A stretch of DNA of 64,000 nucleotides from Clostridia bacterium (GTDB lineage Bacteria; Bacillota; Clostridia; Oscillospirales; CAG-272), in NCBI GenBank assembly GCA_017547655.1, contig JAFYPF010000027.1:9356-73355 (forward strand). The letters run 5' to 3'. Both the position numbers and the translations under genes were made by a program. Shown here in pieces: positions 1-9,994 of the stretch (position 1 is the stretch's first letter; every line of letters starts with the position of its first letter). The notes below the pieces were generated by a model that worked only from the letters and a program-made list of their open reading frames with translations, was not told the DNA's origin and made no database searches.

Positions 1-949
1 CGAATGCCGTTGCAACACCGAATGCAACAACGCCCATTACGATAATTTTGATTGTTTGCCACTTAAGGAACGTTGAGCCGGTTGCTGTAGCGCCAACGGA
101 AACTCCGAGGAATACCGTAACGATGTTCATAAGCTCGTTTTGTACGGTTTTTGAAAGTCTTTCGCAAACGCCGCACTCTTTGAGGAGGTTACCGAACATG
201 AGACAACCAATGAGGGGAGCTGCGCTCGGAACTATCAAAGCTACGAAAATAGTAGATACAATAGGGAAGATGATCTTCTGCAATTTAGAAACGGGCTTCA
301 ATGAGTCCATAACTATAGCGCGTTCTTCTTTTGTTGTGAGAGCCTTCATAATGGGGGGCTGAATAACGGGCACCAAAGCCATATATGAATAAGCCGCAAC
401 AGCTATAGGTCCAAGCAAATGCGAAGCGAGTTTTGATGTAACGAAAATTGCAGTAGGTCCGTCAGCTCCGCCTATAATACCGATAGAACTTGCTTCGGAA
501 CCTGTAAATCCGAGCAGAATAGCAACGGCGTAAGTAGCAAAAATACCTATTTGAGCAGCCGCGCCGAGCATAAGGCTCTTGGGGTTAGCAATCAGCGGAC
601 CGAAGTCGGTCATAGCGCCTACACCGATAAATATAAGACAAGGGTAAACACCGAGCTTAACGCCGAGATACAATACGTCAATAAGACCAATATTTTTTAC
701 GTCAGCAAAAGCGCTCCAGTTGACGTTGCCGTTTGCGAATATTTCCTCGTGGAAAATACCCGCACCCGGAAGGTTTGTGAGAAGCATACCGATTGCGATA
801 GGAAGAAGGAGCAGAGGCTCAAACTTTTTTCCGATAGCGAGATAGCATAACAAGCATGCTATTGCAATCATAACGAGGTTTTTCCAGCCGCCTTGTGCAA
901 AGAAGAGGGCAAAACCCGTATCGTATAAAAAATTAATTAAAGCGTTCAT
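1..949 (-). CDS. Na+-translocating carboxybiotin decarboxylase beta subunit (OadB/MmdB/GcdB family); 3' end runs off the window
   Basis: Manual translation of the minus strand from ATG at 949 (RBS GGAGG) gives MNALINFLYDTGFALFFAQGGWKNLVMIAIACLLCYLAIGKKFEPLLLLPIAIGMLL..., with the family FEPLLLLPI motif and later IGIIGGADGPT; lies downstream of the gamma and biotin-carrier genes. Confidence 0.9.
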   Translation of the reverse strand, partial: MNALINFLYDTGFALFFAQGGWKNLVMIAIACLLCYLAIGKKFEPLLLLPIAIGMLLTNLPGAGIFHEEIFANGNVNWSAFADVKNIGLIDVLYLGVKLGVYPCLIFIGVGAMTDFGPLIANPKSLMLGAAAQIGIFATYAVAILLGFTGSEASSIGIIGGADGPTAIFVTSKLASHLLGPIAVAAYSYMALVPVIQPPIMKALTTKEERAIVMDSLKPVSKLQKIIFPIVSTIFVALIVPSAAPLIGCLMFGNLLKECGVCERLSKTVQNELMNIVTVFLGVSVGATATGSTFLKWQTIKIIVMGVVAFGVATAF

Positions 950-970
950 TAAAAATCCTCCGAATGAGAT

Positions 971-1327
971 TTATGCGAGTGTGCAAAGAACAGCGCCGGA
1001 ATCAACTGATGCTCCTGCTTGAACGTTTACGGATGCAACAGTACCGTCGGAGGGAGCCATGATTTCGTTTTCCATTTTCATAGCTTCAAGAACCATAAGG
1101 ACATCGCCTTTTTTTACAGCCTGTCCGTTTGCAATGTTAACCTTAAGTATAGTACCGGGCATAGGAGCGTTAATTGTAACAGAACCGGAAGCTACGGGTG
1201 CTGTGGGAGCTGCAGGTGCGGGAGCCGCTGCGGGGGCTGCAGGTGGATTCTTAATTTCTTCTTTATCAATTATTTCAAGTGTGATTTCGTATACGTTTCC
1301 ATTTACGTTAACTTTGTAAGCTTTCAT
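971..1327 (-). CDS. Biotin carboxyl carrier subunit of the decarboxylase
   Basis: EAMKM biotinylation motif; Ala/Pro-rich linker; APMPG. Confidence 0.92.
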   Translation of the reverse strand: MKAYKVNVNGNVYEITLEIIDKEEIKNPPAAPAAAPAPAAPTAPVASGSVTINAPMPGTILKVNIANGQAVKKGDVLMVLEAMKMENEIMAPSDGTVASVNVQAGASVDSGAVLCTLA

Positions 1328-1346
1328 TTTTTTACCTCTCTAAATG

Positions 1347-1670
1347 TTAATTAAGTTTCTTGAACGAAAGAACTCGAATAGCCGAGATATCAGTTCCGTT
1401 TTCTTCTGCGACTGCCGCACATATAGCCGCAATCAATTCTTGTTTGTTTTCGATAGGTGCGGATTTCGCCTCCGAAGTCGGTGTCAGTTTTGGAACGGGG
1501 TGGCTTTGCGTCTGCGGGATTTTCTTGGTGTTGTTGAAAAATGCATTCATTATGGAAACAATTCCAACAAGAAAAGCGAGACCGACAAAAACTACACCGA
1601 TGCCAAGCGCACAAACTAGCAGAATAGAGGGATCTTCAGCGCCGATTGATTTGAGTAAATAGTTACCCAT
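1347..1670 (-). CDS. OadG-family decarboxylase gamma/delta subunit
   Basis: Single TM helix (GIGVVFVGLAFLVGIV), Pro-rich linker, ELIAAICAAV motif; operon context. Confidence 0.8.
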   Translation of the reverse strand: MGNYLLKSIGAEDPSILLVCALGIGVVFVGLAFLVGIVSIMNAFFNNTKKIPQTQSHPVPKLTPTSEAKSAPIENKQELIAAICAAVAEENGTDISAIRVLSFKKLN

Positions 1671-1833
1671 GGTTTTTGCTCCTTCTTTTGTAACTTTAAT
1701 TTAACTTTGGTTTATAACCAAAGTCATTGTCGGAGTTCATTCTAACATATTTTGGGTAAAAATGACATAAAAATATACAATATTAACAAAAAATTCACAA
1801 AGCGAAAAAATGCTTTTTTTTGCGAAAAAAGTG

Positions 1834-1862
1834 TTGACACAACACTATTGGTGTAATATAAT
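1834..1862 (+). promoter_or_regulatory. Sigma-A promoter of the aro operon
   Basis: TTGACA (1834-1839), 17 bp spacer, TATAAT (1857-1862). Confidence 0.8.
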
Positions 1863-1889
1863 AAAATAATATACTATCTGCGGGAAAAG

Positions 1890-2990
1890 GTGGAAATGAT
1901 TATGAGCAATCTTCAAAAAGCGAGAGAGATAATTAACGAAGCGGACAGAGAAATGGCGCGTCTTTTTGAAAAAAGGATGGATGCTGTAAAGATTGTTTCC
2001 GAGTACAAAAAAGAAAACGGTATACCGATAGACGACTTCGGCCGTGAAGAAGAGATGATTAAACGAAATTCTGAGTATATCGAGAACGAAGAATATAGAT
2101 CATATTACGTGAATTTTTTAAAAAATAATATAAAACTTTCAAAGGATATGCAACACAAGTTTCTTGAGGGAATGAAGGTTGCATATAGCGGGGTTGAGGG
2201 GGCGTTTGCAAATATTGCGGCTCAAAAGATATTTCCCGATGCGCTTTGTGTTCCGTACGCTGATTTTAAATCAGCATACAAAGCCGTAGAAAATGGTGAA
2301 TGTGATTGCGTTCTGTTGCCTATCGAAAACAGCCACAACGGAGACGTTGGTAATGTTCTTGATTTGGCGTTTTTTGGCAGTTTGTATATAAACGGTGTGT
2401 ATGAAGCTGATGTTATACAGAATCTTTTGGCAAACAAGGGAACGACGATTGATGATATAAAGAAAGTAATCAGTCACCCACAGGCGTTGGGACAGAGCGC
2501 GGCTTATATAGAAAAGCATAAATTTGAGACCGAAGACGCGGTTAATACTGCAGTTGCAGCAAAGATTGTTGCAGAATCGGGAAAAAAGGATATTGCGGCA
2601 ATAGGAAGTGTCGAAGCGGCGGATAAATTCGGATTAAAGGTACTTGCTTCGCATATCAACGAAAGTAATACGAATACAACGAGATTTGCCGTATTTTCAC
2701 GTTCATGTAGGAAGAATTCGTCATCAGATGACAGATTTATTATGTTGTTTACGGTAAAAAATGCTGCAGGCTCTTTGGGACAGGCGATATCAGTAATCGG
2801 TCAACACGGATTTAACTTGAGAGCATTGAAGAGCAGACCTACAAAAGAATTGGTGTGGGACTATTTCTTTTACGTAGAGGGAGAGGGCAACATAGAAAGT
2901 TGGCAGGGCAAGGCTATGCTCGAGGAGCTTGGAAAGTGTTGCGCAAATTTAAAGGTTATAGGTAAGTTTGAAAAAGAAATTCATATTTAA
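1890..2990 (+). CDS. pheA: Chorismate mutase / prephenate dehydratase (P-protein)
   Basis: N-terminal CM_2 helix domain, PIENS, SHPQALGQ, NTTRF and ACT domain (LKSRP); exact start (1890/1896/1902) uncertain. Confidence 0.9.
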   Translation: MEMIMSNLQKAREIINEADREMARLFEKRMDAVKIVSEYKKENGIPIDDFGREEEMIKRNSEYIENEEYRSYYVNFLKNNIKLSKDMQHKFLEGMKVAYSGVEGAFANIAAQKIFPDALCVPYADFKSAYKAVENGECDCVLLPIENSHNGDVGNVLDLAFFGSLYINGVYEADVIQNLLANKGTTIDDIKKVISHPQALGQSAAYIEKHKFETEDAVNTAVAAKIVAESGKKDIAAIGSVEAADKFGLKVLASHINESNTNTTRFAVFSRSCRKNSSSDDRFIMLFTVKNAAGSLGQAISVIGQHGFNLRALKSRPTKELVWDYFFYVEGEGNIESWQGKAMLEELGKCCANLKVIGKFEKEIHI

Positions 2991-3002
2991 TGAGGCGAAA
3001 AA

Positions 3003-4013
3003 ATGATTATACCGGTTAAGACACAAAACGGTTCATATAACATATATCTTGAAAGAGGAGCATTAAAAAAGGCGGGAGAATACTTTAACCTTGACAGAAA
3101 GGTTTTGGTTGTAACCGATACGGGTGTTCCCGCAGGATATGCGGAGACTGTTGCATCTTGTTGTAAAGATGCTGTTACAGTAAGATTTGAACAGGGGGAA
3201 AAGTCAAAAAACATAGATACATACAAATACCTTTTGGAATGTATGGTAAATAATAAATTCACAAGAACCGATTGTGTGGTTGCAGTGGGCGGCGGTGTTG
3301 TTGGTGATTTATCGGGATTTGTTGCGTCAAGTTTTATGAGGGGCGTTGATTTTTATAATATTCCCACAACGGTTTTATCACAGGTTGATTCATCTATTGG
3401 AGGTAAGACGGCGATAGATTTTATGGGATTAAAAAATATAGTAGGCGCATTTTATCCCCCCAAGGGTGTACTTATCGACTCTGAAACCTTGAAGACGTTG
3501 CCCGAAAGACAAATTTCAAACGGATTAGCCGAGTCTTTAAAAATGGCTATGATAAACGACACATTGTTGTTTGATATATTTGAAAACGGCGATGTTAAGG
3601 ACAAAATTGATACGATAATAGAAAAATCGCTCTACATAAAAAAACACGTAGTTGAAGAAGACGAAAAAGAATCGGGGCTTCGCAAGACGTTGAATTTCGG
3701 ACATACGTTGGCTCATGCGATAGAAAGCGTAAACGAGCTTGACAATTTATATCACGGCGAATGCGTAAGCATCGGTATGGTTCCGATGTGCGAGGATGGA
3801 ATAAGAGAAAGACTTTTACCTATACTCAAAAAACTTAATCTTCCGACAGAGACGGAATATACGGCAGAACTGCTTATTGATGCTTGTAAGCATGACAAAA
3901 AGGCGTCGGGAGATGATATAACGGTTGTTTACGTTTCAGAGATTGGCAAAGCAGAACTGTTGAAAATGAAGATAACAGAATTTGAAGATATGGTAAAGAA
4001 AGGGCTTAACTGA
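3003..4013 (+). CDS. aroB: 3-dehydroquinate synthase
   Basis: GGGVVGDLSGF, PTTVLSQVDSSIGGKT, LNFGHTLAHAIE. Confidence 0.95.
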   Translation: MIIPVKTQNGSYNIYLERGALKKAGEYFNLDRKVLVVTDTGVPAGYAETVASCCKDAVTVRFEQGEKSKNIDTYKYLLECMVNNKFTRTDCVVAVGGGVVGDLSGFVASSFMRGVDFYNIPTTVLSQVDSSIGGKTAIDFMGLKNIVGAFYPPKGVLIDSETLKTLPERQISNGLAESLKMAMINDTLLFDIFENGDVKDKIDTIIEKSLYIKKHVVEEDEKESGLRKTLNFGHTLAHAIESVNELDNLYHGECVSIGMVPMCEDGIRERLLPILKKLNLPTETEYTAELLIDACKHDKKASGDDITVVYVSEIGKAELLKMKITEFEDMVKKGLN

Positions 4014-5107
4014 TGAAGAATACATTTGGAAACAACGTATCGTTTACAATATTCGGCGAGAGCCACGGTGTGGGTATCGGTGTTGTAATTGACGGACTTT
4101 CTCCCGGAATTGAGGTTGATACCAAATATATAGACAAGCTTCTTTCGTTAAGGAGACCTGCCGGAAAAATATCGACTTCAAGACAGGAAGCTGACGAATA
4201 TGTGATTCAAAGCGGAGTTTTTGAGGGAAAGACAACGGGAACGCCCATCAGCATATTTATTCCGAACAGCGATACGAAATCCAAGGATTATTCGGAAACT
4301 CGTTGGTTGGCAAGACCGTCACACGCAGATTATACTGCCAATTGCAAATATCACGGATTTGAAGATTATAGAGGAGGCGGACATTTCAGCGGAAGAATTA
4401 CGGCGGCGATAGTTGCGGCTGGAGCTATAGTTTTACCCGCTTTGAATAAAAAGGGAATTAGGATTGGTACGCACATAAAGAAGTGCGCAGGTATATCCGA
4501 CGTTGATTTTTCGGATAAAATTATAGAAGAAATAGACTCTTTGTATGAAAAGAATATAGCGGTTCTTGATGAATCTGTTGCACCAAAAATGGAAGAAGCG
4601 ATTATTGATGCAAAAAATAACGGTAATAGTGTAGGCGGTATTCTTGAGACTGTGATTATAGGGCTTGAAGCAGGACTTGGCGAACCTATGTTTGACACTG
4701 TTGAAGGAGTGTTGGCGCACGCGCTGTTTGCCGTTCCCGCAATAAAGGGCGTTGAATTCGGCGCAGGGTTTGCTATTGCCGATATGACGGGAAAAGAAGC
4801 AAACGATGCTTTTTATACCGAGAATGGTAGTATTTTTACAAAGACTAACACTGCCGGTGGCATAAATGGTGGAATAACAAACGGTATGCCTATAGTTTTC
4901 AGATGTGCAGTAAAACCAACTCCGACGTTGTCAGTAGAACAAGAAACGGTAGATATGCAGAGCAAAAAAAATGCGGTGCTTTTGTCAAAGGGAAGACACG
5001 ATCCGTGCATCGTGCACAGAGCGCGCATTGTTGTTGATTGCATAACAGCACTTACTGTTGCCGATATACTGGCTACAAGATACGGAACGGATTGGTTGGC
5101 AAAATAA
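4013..5107 (+). CDS. aroC: Chorismate synthase
   Basis: FGESHG, RPSHAD, GGGHFSGR, GRHDPC. Confidence 0.95.
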   Translation: MKNTFGNNVSFTIFGESHGVGIGVVIDGLSPGIEVDTKYIDKLLSLRRPAGKISTSRQEADEYVIQSGVFEGKTTGTPISIFIPNSDTKSKDYSETRWLARPSHADYTANCKYHGFEDYRGGGHFSGRITAAIVAAGAIVLPALNKKGIRIGTHIKKCAGISDVDFSDKIIEEIDSLYEKNIAVLDESVAPKMEEAIIDAKNNGNSVGGILETVIIGLEAGLGEPMFDTVEGVLAHALFAVPAIKGVEFGAGFAIADMTGKEANDAFYTENGSIFTKTNTAGGINGGITNGMPIVFRCAVKPTPTLSVEQETVDMQSKKNAVLLSKGRHDPCIVHRARIVVDCITALTVADILATRYGTDWLAK

Positions 5108-5108
5108 A

Positions 5109-6362
5109 ATGAATTACGGTTGTATAGCAGAAAAATTGGGGCACAGCTTTTCAAAGGATATACACAACAGACTGTTTGATTATAGTTACGAATTACTTGA
5201 AGTGCCAAAAGGTAACCTTGATGAATTTATGCAAAAAAAAGATTTCAAGGCGATAAACGTTACTATTCCATATAAAGAATGCGTTATTCCTTATCTTGAT
5301 TACGTAAGTGATATTGCGAAGAAAATAGGCGCTGTTAATACCATTGTTAACGATAACGGTTATTTGAGAGGCTATAATACCGATTTCTCGGGAATGAAAG
5401 CGCTTTTAGATAAGAATGGTATTGAAATAAAGGGAAAAAAGGTACTAATTCTCGGTAGCGGCGGAACGTCAAAAACAGCTTTTGCGTTATGTGAAAGTTT
5501 AGGGGGCAAATATGTATACCGTGTATCGAGGACTGCGCGAGAAGATTGTGTCAGTTATGATTTTGCAAGAGAGAATTGCAGAGATGCGCAGGTTATAATA
5601 AACACAACCCCCGTAGGTATGTACCCAAAGATAGGGTATTCACCTATTGATTTAGAAGATTATCCAAATGCTGTTGCGGTTGTTGACGCTGTGTATAACC
5701 CTCTTCGTTCAAAGCTTGTTTGTGATGCGCAAAAAAAGGGAATAAAGGCGGTTGGCGGCTTATATATGCTGGTCGCTCAAGCGGTTTTTGCGGCTGAAAA
5801 GTTTATTGACACAAAGGTTGAAGTCAAAGAAATTGACAGAGTATATCGAGAAATAATGCTCTTGAAAGAAAACGTGGTTTTAACAGGTATGCCCGGAAGC
5901 GGTAAATCTACAATAGGAAAACTTCTTGCAGAAAATTTGGGTAAGCTATTTATAGATACAGATGCCGAGATTATAAAAAAGATAAACAAGTCGATTCCTG
6001 AAATTTTTGCAGAATTCGGAGAAGCAGGTTTCAGAAAGATTGAAAACGAAGTAATAAAAGAGCTTTCTTCGGTCCAAAGCGCTGTTATTGCGACGGGCGG
6101 CGGTGCGATATTGAACTCTGAAAATTTTGATTTTTTACGTCAAAATGGTAAGATATATTTTATTGACAGGGATATTGAACATATTGCAGCGACATCGGAC
6201 AGACCGTTGTCGAGCAACAGATGTGACCTTGAAAAGAGGTATAAGGAAAGGTATCCGCTTTACATCTCGAGATGTGACAGACATATACGTATAGATGATG
6301 ATGCTGTTTTGAATATGCAAATGATTAAGAAGGATTTTTGTGATGAAGATACTTGTAATTAA
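5109..6362 (+). CDS. Fused shikimate dehydrogenase - shikimate kinase (AroE-AroK)
   Basis: N-terminal half: HSFS, NVTIPYK, GAVNT, NTD, GSGGT. C-terminal half: GMPGSGKST, ATGGG, RPL. ATG at 5109 follows the aroC stop. Confidence 0.9.
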   Translation: MNYGCIAEKLGHSFSKDIHNRLFDYSYELLEVPKGNLDEFMQKKDFKAINVTIPYKECVIPYLDYVSDIAKKIGAVNTIVNDNGYLRGYNTDFSGMKALLDKNGIEIKGKKVLILGSGGTSKTAFALCESLGGKYVYRVSRTAREDCVSYDFARENCRDAQVIINTTPVGMYPKIGYSPIDLEDYPNAVAVVDAVYNPLRSKLVCDAQKKGIKAVGGLYMLVAQAVFAAEKFIDTKVEVKEIDRVYREIMLLKENVVLTGMPGSGKSTIGKLLAENLGKLFIDTDAEIIKKINKSIPEIFAEFGEAGFRKIENEVIKELSSVQSAVIATGGGAILNSENFDFLRQNGKIYFIDRDIEHIAATSDRPLSSNRCDLEKRYKERYPLYISRCDRHIRIDDDAVLNMQMIKKDFCDEDTCN

Positions 6363-6777
6363 CGGGCCCAATATAAATATGCTCGGAATAAGAGAGCCAC
6401 ACCTTTACGGCAATCAAAATTATGCGTACTTATGTGAAATGATTCAAAAGTACGCTTTGGATAATGGGATTGAAGTTGAATTGTATCAATCGAATCACGA
6501 GGGTTGTTTGGTTGACAAAATACAAGAGTCTTATGGGAGATTTGACGGTATTGTTATGAATCCTGCCGCTTATACGCATACGAGCGTAGCTTTACTTGAT
6601 GCGTTGAAATCGGTAAATATTCCAACTGTTGAGGTACATATATCCGATGTAGCGAAGAGGGAAGATTTTAGACAAATAAGCTATGTAAGGCAGTTTTGTG
6701 AGAAGACGATATGCGGTCACGGGTTTGACGGATATCTTGAGGCTATTGAATATTTGAATACAAGATATGGTAAGTGA
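6343..6777 (+). CDS. aroQ: Type II 3-dehydroquinate dehydratase
   Basis: INGPNINMLGIREP, QSNHEG, NPAAYTHTS, EVHIS. Confidence 0.95.
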   Translation: MKILVINGPNINMLGIREPHLYGNQNYAYLCEMIQKYALDNGIEVELYQSNHEGCLVDKIQESYGRFDGIVMNPAAYTHTSVALLDALKSVNIPTVEVHISDVAKREDFRQISYVRQFCEKTICGHGFDGYLEAIEYLNTRYGK

Positions 6778-6779
6778 TT

Positions 6780-7982
6780 ATGACTGTAAAAATAGAAAAA
6801 TCTATTGCGAACGGTGTTGTTGAAGCGCCTCCGTCAAAGAGTGTTGCGCACAGAGCGCTTATTTGCGGTTCATTGAGCGGTGGCTCGGAGATACGCAATC
6901 TTGCGTATTCAAAGGATATTCAAGCTACAATTGATTGTCTTGAGAAGATGGGTGCTTGCGTTAAAGAAGACGGTAATTCTGTAAGGGTTGGCGGATTAAA
7001 CGTAGAAAAAGCAAAAGAAAACGTAGAAGTTTTTTGTAATGAAAGCGGAAGTACGTTAAGATTTTTAATACCTTTAGCTATGTTTTTGGGAAAGAAAATA
7101 ACGTTTTGCGGAAGTCAAAGACTTTTTGAAAGACCTTTGGGCGTATATGAAGATATATGCAAAAAGCAAGGGGTGCTTTTTGAGAAAAAACACGACAGAG
7201 TGACTGTTTTCGGTAAGCTGAAATCAGGTGAATACAGTATTCCGGGGGATATATCAAGTCAGTTTATAACCGGACTTTTGTTTGTGTTGCCTTTGCTTGA
7301 AAGCGACAGCATTTTGACTGTTACGGGAAAATTTGAAAGCGCGTCATATATTGATTTGACGCTCAATACAATGCGCTCGTTTGGTGTTGAGATTTCAAGA
7401 CGAGACAACGTGTTTTTTATAAAAGGTGGACAAAGCTATACATCTCAAAACTATACGGTTGAGGGTGATTGCTCGAATGCGGCTTTTCTTGAAGCGTTTA
7501 ATCTTTTAGGCGGAAACGTAGAGGTTAAGGGGATAAATCCCGATACACTTCAAGGGGATAGGGTTTATAAATCATATTTTGGTTTCTTAAAGAATAACGG
7601 AAAAACCTTTGATTTATCAGACTGCCCAGACCTTGCTCCCGTTATGTTTGCAATGGCGGCGTATAAGGGCGGAGCCGAGTTTACGGGGACTGCAAGATTA
7701 AAGATAAAAGAAAGCGACAGAGCAGAAGCTATGGCTGAAGAACTTGCAAAATTCGGAATAGAAGTATCTGTTTTCGATGATTCCGTAACTGTTCACAAAG
7801 GGAGGGTGAAAACACCCGCAGAATTGTTGCAAGGGCATAATGACCATAGGATAGTAATGGCGTTATCCCTGCTTTGCAGTGTTACGGGCGGTACGATTGA
7901 GGGGGCAGAAAGCGTATCAAAAAGCTACCCCGATTATTTTGAAAAAATTGAATCAATGGGAATTATGGTGAAAATACAATGA
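6780..7982 (+). CDS. aroA: EPSP synthase
   Basis: PPSKS..HR, ESGSTLRF, SSQFITG, KESDR, DHRIVMA. Confidence 0.95.
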   Translation: MTVKIEKSIANGVVEAPPSKSVAHRALICGSLSGGSEIRNLAYSKDIQATIDCLEKMGACVKEDGNSVRVGGLNVEKAKENVEVFCNESGSTLRFLIPLAMFLGKKITFCGSQRLFERPLGVYEDICKKQGVLFEKKHDRVTVFGKLKSGEYSIPGDISSQFITGLLFVLPLLESDSILTVTGKFESASYIDLTLNTMRSFGVEISRRDNVFFIKGGQSYTSQNYTVEGDCSNAAFLEAFNLLGGNVEVKGINPDTLQGDRVYKSYFGFLKNNGKTFDLSDCPDLAPVMFAMAAYKGGAEFTGTARLKIKESDRAEAMAEELAKFGIEVSVFDDSVTVHKGRVKTPAELLQGHNDHRIVMALSLLCSVTGGTIEGAESVSKSYPDYFEKIESMGIMVKIQ

Positions 7983-8854
7983 GCAAATTGATGAAGATAG
8001 ACAAATCGAAGAAGTTTTTGATAGTTGGTTTAGGTCTTCTTGGAGGCTGTTATGCGATGGCTTTGAAGAAGAAAGGCTATTACGTAAGCGCAATAACAAA
8101 GAATGAAGAGGACATAGAGTTTGCATACCAAAAGGGTATAATTGACAAGGGAAGTACAACTGTAGAAAAAGATATTATTGAAAATGCAGATGTAATAGTG
8201 TTTGCGTTGTACCCTCATACTTTTGTTGAGTGGATAAAGCAGTACGGCAACTTGATAAAGGAAGGAACCGTAATAACAGACGTAACCGGTGTTAAAGGTT
8301 GTGTTGTATACGAGATTCAATCAATGCTGAAAGAGGGGGTTGAATTTATTGCAGCTCACCCTATGGCGGGAAGAGAAGTAAGCGGTGTACAGAACAGTGA
8401 TGACAAAATATTTAAGGACGCCAACTACATAGTGGTACCGACAGAGAATAACACCTTTGGCGCAATTGAGTTATGCAAGGAACTTGGTGAGATACTCGGA
8501 TTTGCTCGAATATCTGTACTGAATCCTGAAAAGCACGACGAGATGATAGCGTTTTTGTCGCAGTTGACACACTGTATAGCGGTGTCTCTTATGTGCGCAA
8601 ACGATAATCCCGGACTTGTGCTTTATACAGGTGACTCGTTTAGGGATTTAACGAGAATTGCAAAGATAAATGATGAAATGTGGAGTGAGCTCTTCCTTTT
8701 GAATAGAGAAGCGTTGCTTACCGAAATGGAAAAATACAGAAAAACATTTGATAAGTTATATGACTGTATAAGGAATAATGACAGAGAAGAGATGCGCAGT
8801 ATGATGCGTATATCAACGGAACGCAGAGGCGAATTTAACAAAAAGGAAGGCTGA
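7979..8854 (+). CDS. tyrA: Prephenate dehydrogenase
   Basis: GLGLLGG Rossmann motif, HPMAGRE, HDEMIAFLSQLTH, SFRDLTRIA. Confidence 0.92.
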   Translation: MSKLMKIDKSKKFLIVGLGLLGGCYAMALKKKGYYVSAITKNEEDIEFAYQKGIIDKGSTTVEKDIIENADVIVFALYPHTFVEWIKQYGNLIKEGTVITDVTGVKGCVVYEIQSMLKEGVEFIAAHPMAGREVSGVQNSDDKIFKDANYIVVPTENNTFGAIELCKELGEILGFARISVLNPEKHDEMIAFLSQLTHCIAVSLMCANDNPGLVLYTGDSFRDLTRIAKINDEMWSELFLLNREALLTEMEKYRKTFDKLYDCIRNNDREEMRSMMRISTERRGEFNKKEG

Positions 8855-8861
8855 AAAAACG

Positions 8862-9890
8862 ATGAATATGCATTTTTACAGAAAGCTACCGATACCGCAG
8901 GTTATAAAAGAGGAATATCCTTTATCGGCAGAAATGGAGCAGATAAAGAACGAGAGAGATAGAGAGATTAAAGCTGTTTTTGAAGGTAGGTCTGAAAAGT
9001 TTTTGCTTATAATAGGACCGTGCTCGGCAGACAGTCACGAGGCGGTTTTGGACTATATTTCCAGATTGCGCAGAGTTGGAGATGAGGTAAAAGATAAGAT
9101 TATCATTATTCCTCGTATATACACGAACAAGCCGAGAACAACGGGGGCGGGATATAAAGGAATGCTCCATCAGCCGAATCCGGATGAAAAGCCCGATATG
9201 TTAAAGGGAATAGTTGCAATCAGAGAGTTGCATTTAGATGCGCTTAAGTATTATGGTTTTACTTGCGCCGATGAAATGCTATACCCCGAGAATCACCGTT
9301 ATCTTTCCGATTTGCTTTCATACGTTGCGGTAGGCGCAAGATCTACAGAGGACCAACAACACAGATTAACTGCAAGCGGAATTGATATTCCGGTAGGTAT
9401 GAAGAACCCGACAAGCGGCGATTTGTCGATTATGATAAACTCTATAAAGGCGGCGCAGAGCAGTCATACATTTATTTACAGAGGTTGGGAGGTTAAGAGT
9501 GACGGCAATCCGTTGACTCATGCAATATTGCGTGGATATACCGACTTTGCCGGAAAAAACATATCGAACTACCACTACGAAAACCTTGTAAACGTTGTTG
9601 AGATGTATAGCAAATCAGGTCTTTTAAATCCTGCTGCAATTATTGATACTAACCATGCAAACTCATCTAAAAAATATCTTGAACAGATTAGAATAGCCAA
9701 AGAGGTTGTAGAAAACCGTAAGCAGAATACCGATATAAAGAGTCTTGTAAAAGGTCTTATGATAGAAAGCTATATTGAAGACGGCGCGCAGTGCATAGGT
9801 GAACACATTTACGGTAAATCTATCACAGACCCCTGTCTCGGGTGGGATAAAACCGAAAAACTTATACTTGAACTTGCTGATATGCTTTAA
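8862..9890 (+). CDS. DAHP synthase, class I-alpha (AroF/G/H type)
   Basis: IGPCS, KPRT, VGARS, VGMKN, DTNHANS, SITDPCLGW. Confidence 0.93.
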   Translation: MNMHFYRKLPIPQVIKEEYPLSAEMEQIKNERDREIKAVFEGRSEKFLLIIGPCSADSHEAVLDYISRLRRVGDEVKDKIIIIPRIYTNKPRTTGAGYKGMLHQPNPDEKPDMLKGIVAIRELHLDALKYYGFTCADEMLYPENHRYLSDLLSYVAVGARSTEDQQHRLTASGIDIPVGMKNPTSGDLSIMINSIKAAQSSHTFIYRGWEVKSDGNPLTHAILRGYTDFAGKNISNYHYENLVNVVEMYSKSGLLNPAAIIDTNHANSSKKYLEQIRIAKEVVENRKQNTDIKSLVKGLMIESYIEDGAQCIGEHIYGKSITDPCLGWDKTEKLILELADML

Positions 9891-9926
9891 AAAAACAGTA
9901 CGCTGGTATTCGGCGTACTGTTTTTT
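9890..9926 (+). terminator. Rho-independent terminator of the aro operon
   Basis: AAAAAACAGTACGCTG-gtatt-CGGCGTACTGTTTTTT hairpin plus U tract. Confidence 0.85.
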
Positions 9927-9927
9927 G

Positions 9928-9956
9928 TTGACAAAATTACAAATAAATAATATAAT
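9928..9956 (+). promoter_or_regulatory. Sigma-A promoter abutting the terminator U tract
   Basis: TTGACA, 17 bp, TATAAT perfect consensus. Confidence 0.75.
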
Positions 9957-9994
9957 ATTCTTAACAAAAATTTAATATTTTGCGAGGTGTTTTT

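Noticed and set aside
48-850. Plus-strand ORFs 48-362 and 551-850
   Set aside because: Antisense to the decarboxylase beta-subunit gene, which the track missed because it runs off the window
1195-1250. GC-rich Ala/Pro repeat
   Set aside because: Ordinary flexible linker of a biotin carrier protein
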